Below are positions 49,601 through 61,000 of a DNA stretch of 64,000 bases, piece by piece. Numbering within the stretch: the stretch's first letter is position 1; each line of letters opens with the position of its first letter. Source of the stretch: Antedon mediterranea (taxonomy: Eukaryota; Animalia; Echinodermata); the NCBI RefSeq assembly GCF_964355755.1, contig NC_092678.1, positions 9,918,352 to 9,982,351 on the forward strand, read 5' to 3'. The notes under the pieces were generated by a model, which was given only the letters and a program-made list of their open reading frames with translations, was not told where the DNA came from and made no database searches. The position numbers and the translations under genes were made by a program.

Positions 49601-52600
49601 TCTCCAAATGCGATTTGAAGCTTTTCCAAGCACTTTGCTGTTTTTATATTAAGTTTTTTCGAAAATCACAAAATGGTCTAAAACGTCTCTAAATGCGATT
49701 TGAAGGTATTCTGAGCAATTTGGTGTTTTTGTGTGAAAAGTTTTAACGAAATGCTCAAAATTGTCTAAAACGGTTTCTAATGTGATTTTAAGCACTTTGA
49801 TGTTTTTGTAAAACCAAGTTTCATCGAAATGCACAAAATGGTCTAAAACGTCTCCAAATGCGATTTGAAGCTATTCTGTACACTTTGATGTTTTGTGTGA
49901 AAAAAGTTTTGTCGAAATGCTCAAAATGGTCTAAAACGTTTTTAAAACGATATTAAGCTATTTTGTGCTCTTTGATGTTTTTGTGTAACCAAGTTTTATC
50001 GAAATGAACAAAATGGTCTAAAACGTCTCCAAATGCGATTTGAAGCTTTTCCAAGCACTTTGCTGTTTTTATGTTAACAGGTTTTTTCGAAAATCACAAA
50101 ATGGTCTAAAACGTCTCAAAATGCGATTTGAAGGTATTCTGAGCACTTTGGTGTTTTTGTGTGAAAAGTTTTAACGAAATGCTCAAAATTGTCTAAAACG
50201 GTTTCTAATGTGATTTTAAGCACTTTGATGTTTTTGTAAAACCAAGTTTCATCGAAATGCACAAAATGGTCTAAAATGTCTCCAAATGCGATTTGAAGCT
50301 TTTCCAAGCACTTTGCTGTTTTTATGTTAACAAGCTTTTTCGAAAATCACAAAATGGTCTAAAACGTCTCCAAATGTGATTTGAAGATATTCTGAGCACT
50401 TTGGTGTTTTTATGTTAAAAAGTTTTTTCGAAAATCACAAAATGGTCTAAAACGTCTCCAAATGCGATTTGAAGATATTCTGAGCACTTTGGTGTTTTTA
50501 TGTTAAAAAGTTTTTTCGAAAATCACAAAATGGTCTAAAACGTCTCCAAATGCGATTTGAAGCTATTCTGTACACTTTGATGTTTTGTGTGAAAAAGTTT
50601 TGTCGAAATGCTCAAAATGGTTTAAAACGTTTTTAAAACGATATTAAGCTATTTTGTGCTCTTTGATGTTTTTGTATAACCAAGTTTCATCGAAATGCAC
50701 AAAATGGTCTAAAACGTCTCCAAATACGATTTGAAGCTTTTCTAAGCACTTTATGCGATTTGAAGATATTCTGAGCACTTTGGTGTTTTTATGTTAAAAA
50801 GTTTTTTCGAAAATCACAAAATGGTCTAAAACGTCTCCAAATGCGATTTGAAGATATTCTGAGCACTTTGGTGTTTTTATGTTAAAAAGTTTTTTCGAAA
50901 ATCACAAAATGGTCTAAAACGTCTCCAAATGCGATTTGAAGCTATTCTGTACACTTTGATGTTTTGTGTGAAAAAGTTTTGTCGAAATGCTCAAAATGGT
51001 CTAAAACGTTTTTAAAACGATATAAAGCTATTTTGTGCTCTTTGAGGTTTTTGTGTAACCAAGTTTTTTCGAAAATCACAAAATGGTCTAAAACGTCTCC
51101 AAATGCGATTTGAAGCTTTTCTAAGCACTTTGGTGTTTTTATGTTAACAAGTTTTTTCGAAAATCACAAAATGGTCTAAAACGTTTTAAAATGCGATTTG
51201 AAGGTATTCTGAGCACTTTGGTGTTTTTGTGTGAAAAGTTTTAACGAAATGCTCAAAATGGTCTAAAACGGTTTCTAATGTGATTTTAACCACTTTGATG
51301 TTTTTGTGTAACCAAGTTTTTTCGAAAATCACAAAATGGTCTAAAACGTCTCCAAATGCGATTTGAAGCTTTTCTAAGCACTTTGGTGTTTTTATGTTAA
51401 CAAGTTTTTTTCGAAAATCACAAAATGGTCTAAAACGTCTCCAAATGCGATTTGAAGCTATTCTGTACACTTTGATGTTTTGTGTGAAAAAAGTTTTGTC
51501 GAAATGCTTAAAATGGTCTAAAACGTTTTTAAAACGATATTAAGCTATTTTGTGCTCTTTGATGTTTTTGTGTAACCAAGTTTTATCGAAATGAACAAAA
51601 TGGTCTAAAACGTCTCCAAATGCGATTTGAAGCTTTTCCAAGCACTTTGCTGTTTTTATGTTAACAGGTTTTTTCGAAAATCACAAAATGGTCTAAAACG
51701 TCTCAAAATGCGATTTGAAGGTATTCTGAGCACTTTGGTGTTTTTGTGTGAAAAGTTTTAACGAAATGCTCAAAATTGTCTAAAACGGTTTCTAATGTGA
51801 TTTTAAGCACTTTGATGTTTTTGTAAAACCAAGTTTCATCGAAATGCACAAAATGGTCTAAAACGTCTCCAAATGCGATTTAAAGATATTCTAGACACTT
51901 TGATGTTTTGTGTGAAAAAGTTTTCTCGAAATGCTCAAAATGGTCTAAAACGTTTTCCAATTCCATATTAAGCTATTTTGTGCAATTTGATGTTTTTGTG
52001 TATCCAAGTTTCATCGAAATGAACAAAATGGTCTAAAACGTTTTTAAATACGATATTAAGCTGTTTTGTGCACTTTGATGATTTGTGTGAAAAGTTTTAA
52101 CGAAATGCTCAAAATAGTCTAAAACGGTTTCTAATGTGATTTTAAGCACTTTGATGTTTTTGTGTAACCAAGTTTTTTCGGAAATCACAAAATGGTCTAA
52201 AACGTCTCCAAATGCGATTTGAAGCTTTTCTAAGCACTTTGGTGTTTTTATGTTAACAAGTTTTTTCGAAAATCACAAAATGGTCTAAAACGTCTCAAAA
52301 TGCGATTTGAAGGTAATCTGAGCACTTTGGTGTTTTTGTGTGAAAAGTTTTAACGAAATGCTCAAAATGGTCTAAAACGGTTTCTAATGTGATTTTAACC
52401 ACTTTGATGTTTTTGTGTAACCAAGTTCTTTTCGAAAATCACAAAATGGTCTAAAACGTCTCCAAATGCGATTTGAAGCTCTTCTGTACACTTTGATGTT
52501 TTGTGTGAAAAAGTTTTGTCGAAATGCTCAAAATGGTCTAAAACGTTTTTAAATACGAAATTAAGCTGTTTTGTGCACTTTGATGATTTGTGTGAAAAGT

Positions 52601-55600
52601 TTTAACGAAATGCTCAAAATAGTCTATAACGGTTTCTAATGTGATTTTAAGCACTTTGATGTTTTTGTGTAACCAAGTTTTTTCGGAAATCACAAAATGG
52701 TCTAAAACGTCTCCAAATGCGATTTGAAGCTTTTCTAAGCACTTTGGTGTTTTTATGTTAACAAGTTTTTTCGAAAATCACAAAATTGTCTAAAACGTCT
52801 CAAAATGCGATTTGAAGGTATTCTGAGCACTTTGGTGTTTTTGTGTGAAAAAAGTTTTGTCGAAATGCTCAAAATGGTCTAAAACGTTTTTAAAACGATA
52901 TTAAGCTATTTTGTGCTCTTTGATGTTTTTGTGTAACCAAGTTTTATCGAAATGAACAAAATGGTCTAAAACGTCTCCAAATGCGATTTGAAGCTTTTCC
53001 AAGCACTTTGCTGTTTTTATATTAAGTTTTTTCGAAAATCACAAAATGGTCTAAAACGTCTCTAAATGCGATTTGAAGGTATTCTGAGCAATTTGGTGTT
53101 TTTGTGTGAAAAGTTTTAACGAAATGCTCAAAATTGTCTAAAACGGTTTCTAATGTGATTTTAAGCACTTTGATGTTTTTGTAAAACCAAGTTTCATCGA
53201 AATGCACAAAATGGTCTAAAACGTCTCCAAATGCGATTTGAAGCTATTCTGTACACTTTGATGTTTTGTGTGAAAAAAGTTTTGTCGAAATGCTCAAAAT
53301 GGTCTAAAACGTTTTTAAAACGATATTAAGCTATTTTGTGCTCTTTGATGTTTTTGTGTAACCAAGTTTTATCGAAATGAACAAAATGGTCTAAAACGTC
53401 TCCAAATGCGATTTGAAGCTTTTCCAAGCACTTTGCTGTTTTTATATTAAGTTTTTTCGAAAATCACAAAATGGTCTAAAACGTCTCTAAATGCGATTTG
53501 AAGGTATTCTGAGCAATTTGGTGTTTTTGTGTGAAAAGTTTTAACGAAATGCTCAAAATTGTCTAAAACGGTTTCTAATGTGATTTTAAGCACTTTGATG
53601 TTTTTGTAAAACCAAGTTTCATCGAAATGCACAAAATGGTCTAAAACGTCTCCAAATGCGATTTGAAGCTATTCTGTACACTTTGATGTTTTGTGTGAAA
53701 AAAGTTTTGTCGAAATGCTCAAAATGGTCTAAAACGTTTTTAAAACGATATTAAGCTATTTTGTGCTCTTTGATGTTTTTGTGTAACCAAGTTTTATCGA
53801 AATGAACAAAATGGTCTAAAACGTCTCCAAATGCGATTTGAAGCTTTTCCAAGCACTTTGCTGTTTTTATGTTAACAGGTTTTTTCGAAAATCACAAAAT
53901 GGTCTAAAACGTCTCAAAATGCGATTTGAAGGTATTCTGAGCACTTTGGTGTTTTTGTGTGAAAAGTTTTAACGAAATGCTCAAAATTGTCTAAAACGGT
54001 TTCTAATGTGATTTTAAGCACTTTGATGTTTTTGTAAAACCAAGTTTCATCGAAATGCACAAAATGGTCTAAAATGTCTCCAAATGCGATTTGAAGCTTT
54101 TCCAAGCACTTTGCTGTTTTTATGTTAACAAGCTTTTTCGAAAATCACAAAATGGTCTAAAACGTCTCCAAATGTGATTTGAAGATATTCTGAGCACTTT
54201 GGTGTTTTTATGTTAAAAAGTTTTTTCGAAAATCACAAAATGGTCTAAAACGTCTCCAAATGCGATTTGAAGATATTCTGAGCACTTTGGTGTTTTTATG
54301 TTAAAAAGTTTTTTCGAAAATCACAAAATGGTCTAAAACGTCTCCAAATGCGATTTGAAGCTATTCTGTACACTTTGATGTTTTGTGTGAAAAAGTTTTG
54401 TCGAAATGCTCAAAATGGTTTAAAACGTTTTTAAAACGATATTAAGCTATTTTGTGCTCTTTGATGTTTTTGTATAACCAAGTTTCATCGAAATGCACAA
54501 AATGGTCTAAAACGTCTCCAAATACGATTTGAAGCTTTTCCAAGCACTTTGCTGTTTTTATGTTAACAAGTTTTTTCGAAAATCACAAAATTGTCTAAAA
54601 CGTCTCAAAATGCGATTTGAAGGTATTCTGAGCACTTTGGTGTTTTTGTGTGAAAAGTTTTAACGAAAAGCTCAAAATGGTCTAAAACGGTTCTAATGTG
54701 ATTTTAAGCACTTTGATGTTTTTGTACAACCAAGTTTCATCGAAATGCTCAAAATGGTCTAAAACGTTTTTAAAACGATATTAAGCTATTTTGTGCTCTT
54801 TGATGTTTTTGTGTAACCAAGTTTTTTTCGAAAATCACAAAATGGTCTAAAACGTCTCCAAATGCGATTTGAAGCTTTTCTAAGCACTTTGGTGTTTTTA
54901 TGTTAACAAGTTTTTTCGAAAATCGCAAAATGGTCTAAAACGTCTCAAAATGCGATTTGAAGGTATTCTGAGCACTTTGGTGTTTTTGTGTGAAAAGTTT
55001 TAACGAAATGCTCAAAATGGTCTAAAACGGTTTCTAATGTGATTTTAACCACTTTGATGTTTTTGTGTAACCAAGTTCTTTTCGAAAATCACAAAATGGT
55101 CTAAAACGTCTCCAAATGCGATTTGAAGCTTTTCTAAGCACTTTGGTGTTTTTATGTTAACAAGTTTTTTCGAAAATCACAAAATGGTCTAAAACGTCTC
55201 AAAATGCGATTTGAAGGTATTCTGAGCACTTTGGTGTTTTTGTGTGAAAAGTTTTAACGAAATGCTCAAAATGGTCTAAAACGGTTTCTAATGTGATTTT
55301 AACCACTTTGATGTTTTTGTGTAACCAAGTTTTTTCGAAAATCACAAAATGGTCTAAAACGTCTCCAAATGCGATTTGAAGCTTTTCTAAGCACTTTGGT
55401 GTTTTTATGTTAACAAGTTTTTTCGAAAATCACAAAATGGTCTAAAACGTCTCCAAATGCGATTTGAAGCTATTCTGTACACTTTGATGTTTTGTGTGAA
55501 AAAAGTTTTGTCGAAATGCTCAAAATGGTCTAAAACGTTTTTAAAACGATATTAAGCTATTTTGTGCTCTTTGATGTTTTTGTGTAACCAAGTTTTATCG

Positions 55601-57500
55601 AAATGAACAAAATGTTCTAAAACGTCTCCAAATGCGATTTGAAGCTTTTCCAAGCCCTTTGCTGTTTTTATGTTAAGTTTTTTCGAAAATCACAAAATGG
55701 TCTAAAACGTCTCTAAATGCGATTTGAAGGTATTCTGAGCACTTTGGTGTTTTTGTGTGAAAAGTTTTAACGAAATGCTCAAAATTGTCTAAAACGGTTT
55801 CTAATGTGATTTTAAGCACTTTGATGTTTTTGTAAAACCAAGTTTCATCGAAATGCACAAAATGGTCTAAAACGTCTCCAAATGCGATTTGAAGATATTC
55901 TGAGGACTTTGGTGTTTTTATGTTAAAAAGTTTTTTCGAAAATCACAAAATGGTCTAAAACGTCTCCAAATGCGATTTGAAGATATTCTGAGCACTTTGG
56001 TGTTTTTATGTTAAAAAGTTTTTTCGAAAATCACAAAATGGTCTAAAACGTCTCCAAATGCGATTTGAAGGTCTTCTGTACACTTTGATGTTTTGTGTGA
56101 AAAAGTTTTTTCAAAATGCTCAAAATGGTCTAAAACGTTTTTAAAACGATATTAAGCTATTTTGTGCTCTTTGATGTTTTTGTATAACCAAGTTTTTTCG
56201 AAAATCACAAAATGGTCTAAAACGTCTCCAAATGCGATTTGAAGCTTTTCCAAGCACTTTGCTGTTTTTATGTTAACAAGTTTTTTCGAAAATCACAAAA
56301 TGGTCTAAAACGTCTCAAAATACGATATTAAGCTGTTTTGTGCACTTTGATGATTTGTGTGAAAAGTTTTAACGAAATGCTCAAAATGGTCTAAAACGGT
56401 TTCTAATGTGATTTTAAGCACTTTGATGTTTTTATGTAGCCAAGTTTTTTCGAAAATCACAAAATGGTCAAAAACGTCTCCAAATGTGATTTGAAGCTTT
56501 TCTAAGCACTTTGGTTTTTTTATGTTAACAAGTTTTTTCGAAAATCACAAAATGGTCTAAAACGTCTTCAAATGCGATTTGAAGATATTCTGAGCACTTT
56601 GGTGTTTTTCTGTTAACAATTTTTTTCGAAAATCATAAAATGGTCTAAAACGTCTCCAAATGCGATTTGAAGCTATTCTGTACACTTTGATGTTTTGTGT
56701 GAAAAGTTTTGTCGAAATGCTCAAAATGGTCTAAAACGTTTTTAAAACGATATTAAGCTATTTTGTGCTCTTTGATGTCTTTGTGTAACCAAGTTTCATC
56801 GAAATGAACAAAATGGTCTAAAACGTCTCCAAATGCGATTTGAAGCTTTTCTAAGCACTTTGGTGTTTTTATGTTAACAAGTTTTTTCGAAAATCACAAA
56901 ATGGTCTAAAACGTCTCCAAATGCGATTTGAAGCTTTTCTAAGCACTTTGGTGTTTTTATGTTAACAAGTTTTTTCGAAAATCACAAAATGGTCTAAAAC
57001 GTCTCAAAATGCGATTTGAAGGTATTCTGAGCACTTTGGTGTTTTTGTGTGAAAAGTTTTAACGAAATGCTCAAAATGGTCTAAAACGGTTTCTAATGTC
57101 ATTTTAACCACTTTGATGTTTTTGTGTAACCAAGTTCTTTTCGAAAATCACAAAATGGTCTAAAACGTCTCCAAATGCGATTTGAAGCTCTTCTGTACAC
57201 TTTGATGTTTTGTGTGAAAAAGTTTTGTCGAAATGCTCAAAATGGTCTAAAACGTTTTTAAATACGATATTAAGCTGTTTTGTGCACTTTGATGATTTGT
57301 GTGAAAAGTTTTAACGAAATGCTCAAAATAGTCTATAACGGTTTCTAATGTGATTTTAAGCACTTTGATGTTTTTGTGTAATCAAGTTTTTTTGGAAATC
57401 ACAAAATGGTCTAAAACGTCTCCAAATGCGATTTGAAGCTTTTCTAAGCACTTTGGTGTTTTTATGTTAACAAGTTTTTTCGAAAATCACAAAATGGTCT
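43700..57500. repeat. Segmental copy of ~18300-38900 lacking the transposon and one 3,797-bp unit
   Basis: Offsets are 25,537/25,538 for ten ORF pairs (19529->45066 through 28376->53914) and 18,604 for 35310->53914 and 37069->55673. 25,538 - 18,604 = 3,797 + 3,137. Confidence 0.88.
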
Positions 57501-58068
57501 AAAACGTCTCAAAATGCGATTTGAAGGTATTCTGAGCACTTTGGTGTTTTTGTGTGAAAAGTTTTAACGAAATGCTCAAAATGGTCTAAAACGGTTTCTA
57601 ATGTGATTTTAACCACTTTGATGTTTTTGTGTAACCAAGTTTTTTCGAAAATCACAAAATGGTCTAAAACGTCTCCAAATGCGATTTGAAGCTATTCTGT
57701 ACACTTTGATGTTTTGTGTGAAAAAAGTTTTGTCGAAATGCTCAAAATGGTCTAAAACGTTTTTAAAACGATATTAAGCTATTTTATGCTCTTTGATGTT
57801 TTTGTGTAACCAAGTTTTTTCGAAAATCACAAAATTGTCTAAAACGTCTCCGAATGCGATTTGAAGCTCTTCTGTACACTTTGATGTTTTGTGTGAAAAA
57901 GTTTTCTCGAAATGCTAAAAATGGTATAAAAACGTTTTCCAATACCATATTAAGCTATTTTGTGCAATTTGATGTTTTTGTGTAACCAAGTTTTTTCGAA
58001 AATCACAAAATTGTCTAAAACGTCTCCGAATGCGATTTGAAGCTCTTCTGTACACTTTGATGTTTTGT

Positions 58069-61000
58069 GTGAAAAAGTTTTTTCGAAATGCTAAAAATGG
58101 TCTAAAACGTTTTCCAATACCATATTAAGCTATTTTGTGCAATTTGATGTTTTTGTGTAACAAAGTTTTTTCGAAAATCACAAAATGGTCTAAAACGTCT
58201 CCAAATGCGATTTGAAGATATTCTGAGCACTTTGGTGTTTTTATGTTAAAAAGTTTTTTGGAAAATCACAAAATGGTCTAAAACGACTCCAAATGCGATT
58301 TGAAGCTATCCTGTACACTTTGATGTTTTGTGTGAAAAAGTTTTGTCGAAATGCTCAAAATGATCTAAAACGTTTTTAAAACGATATTAAGCTATTTTGT
58401 GCTCTTTGATGTTTTTGTGTATCCAAGTTTCATCGAAATGAACAAAATGGTCTAAAACGTCTCCAAATGCGATTTGAAAGTATTCTGAGCACTTTGGTGT
58501 TTTTGTGTGAAAAGTTTTAACGAAATGCTCAAAATGGTCTAAAACGGTTTCTAATGTGATTTTAACCACTTTGATGTTTTTGTGTAACCAAGTTCTTTTC
58601 GAAAATCACAAAATGGTCTAAAACGTCTCCAAATGCGATTTGAAGCTTTTCTAAGCACTTTGGTGTTTTTATGTTAAAAAGTTTTTTCGAAAATCACAAA
58701 ATGGTCTAAAACGTCTCCAAATGCGATTTGAAGCTCTTCTGTACACTTTGATGTTTTGTGTGAAAAAGTTTTGTCGAAATGCTCAAAATGGTCTAAAACG
58801 TTTTTAAATACGATATTAAGCTGTTTTGTGCACTTTGATGATTTGTGTGAAAAGTTTTAACGAAATGTTCAAAATAGTCTAAAACGGTTTCTAATGTGAT
58901 TTTAAGCACTTTGATGTTTTTGTGTAACCAAGTTTTTTCGGAAATCACAAAATGGTCTAAAACGTCTCAAAATGCGATTTGAAGCTTTTCAAAGCACTTT
59001 GGTGTTTTTATGTTAACAAGTTTTTTCGAAAATCACAAAATGGTCTAAAATTTCTCAAAATGCGATTGAAGGTATTCTGAGCACTTTGGTGTTTTTGTGT
59101 GAAAAGTTTTAACGAAATGCTCAAAATGGTCTAAAACGGTTCTAATGTGATTTTAAGCACTTTGATGTTTTTGTATAACCAAGTTTCATCGAAATGCTCA
59201 AAATGATGTAAAACGTTTTTAAAACGATATTAAGCTATTTTGTGCTCTTTGATGTTTTTGTGTAACCAAGTTTTTTCGAAAATCACAAAATGGTCTAAAA
59301 CGTCTCCAAATGCGATTTGAAGCTTTTCTAAGCACTTTGGTGTTTTTATGTTAACAAGTTTTTTCGAAAATCACAAAATGGTCTAAAACGTCTCAAAATG
59401 CGATTTGAAGGTATTCTGAGCACTTTGGTGTTTTTGTGTGAAAAGTTTTAACGAAATGCTCAAAATGGTCTAAAACGGTTTCTAATGTGATTTTAACCAC
59501 TTTGATGTTTTTGTGTAACCAAGTTTTTTCGAAACTCACAAAATGGTCTAAAACGTCTCCAAATGCGATTTGAAGCTTTTCTAAGCACTTTGGTGTTTTT
59601 ATGTTAACAAGTTTTTTCGAAAATCACAAAATGGTCTGAAACGTCTCAAATAGCGATTTGAAGCTATTCTGTACACTTTGATGTTTTGTGTGAAAAAAGT
59701 TTTGTCGAAATGCTCAAAATGGTCTAAAACGTTTTTAAAACGATATTAAGCTATTTTATGCTCTTTGATGTTTTTGTGTAACCAAGTTTTTTCGAAAATC
59801 ACAAAATTGTCTAAAACGTCTCCGAATGCGATTTGAAGCTCTTCTGTACACTTTGATGTTTTGTGTGAAAAAGTTTTCTCGAAATGCTAAAAATGGTATA
59901 AAAACGTTTTCCAATACCATATTAAGCTATTTTGTGCAATTTGATGTTTTTGTGTAACCAAGTTTTTTCGAAAATCACAAAATTGTCTAAAACGTCTCCG
60001 AATGCGATTTGAAGCTCTTCTGTACACTTTGATGTTTTGTGTGAAAAAGTTTTTTCGAAATGCTAAAAATGGTCTAAAACGTTTTCCAATACCATATTAA
60101 GCTATTTTGTGCAATTTGATGTTTTTGTGTAACAAAGTTTTTTCGAAAATCACAAAATGGTCTAAAACGTCTCCAAATGCGATTTGAAGATATTCTGAGC
60201 ACTTTGGTGTTTTTATGTTAAAAAGTTTTTTGGAAAATCACAAAATGGTCTAAAACGACTCCAAATGCGATTTGAAGCTATCCTGTACACTTTGATGTTT
60301 TGTGTGAAAAAGTTTTGTCGAAATGCTCAAAATGGTCTAAAACGTTTTTAAATACGATATTAAGCTGTTTTGTGCACTTTGATGATTTGTGTGAAAAGTT
60401 TTAACGAAATGTTCAAAATAGTCTAAAACGGTTTCTAATGTGATTTTAAGCACTTTGATGTTTTTGTGTAACCAAGTTTTTTCGGAAATCACAAAATGGT
60501 CTAAAACGTCTCAAAATGCGATTTGAAGCTTTTCTAAGCACTTTGGTGTTTTTATGTTAACAAGTTTTTTCGAAAATCACAAAATGGTCTAAAACGTCTC
60601 AAAATGCGATTGAAGGTATTCTGAGCACTTTGGTGTTTTTGTGTGAAAAGTTTTAACGAAATGCTCAAAATGGTCTAAAACGGTTCTAATGTGATTTTAA
60701 GCACTTTGATGTTTTTGTATAACCAAGTTTCATCGAAATGCTCAAAATGATGTAAAACGTTTTTAAAACGATATTAAGCTATTTTGTGCTCTTTGATGTT
60801 TTTGTGTAACCAAGTTTTTTCGAAAATCACAAAATGGTCTAAAACGTCTCCAAATGCGATTTGAAGCTTTTCTAAGCACTTTGGTGTTTTTATGTTAACA
60901 AGTTTTTTCGAAAATCACAAAATGGTCTAAAACGTCTCAAAATGCGATTTGAAGGTATTCTGAGCACTTTGGTGTTTTTGTGTGAAAAGTTTTAACGAAA

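Noticed and set aside
319-58569. Recurrent 60-94-aa minus-strand ORFs (…KITLETVLDHFEHFVKTFHTK…)
   Set aside because: They are chance stop-free readings across satellite monomers, repeat with the array, and start and end at monomer indels; there is no evidence of coding.
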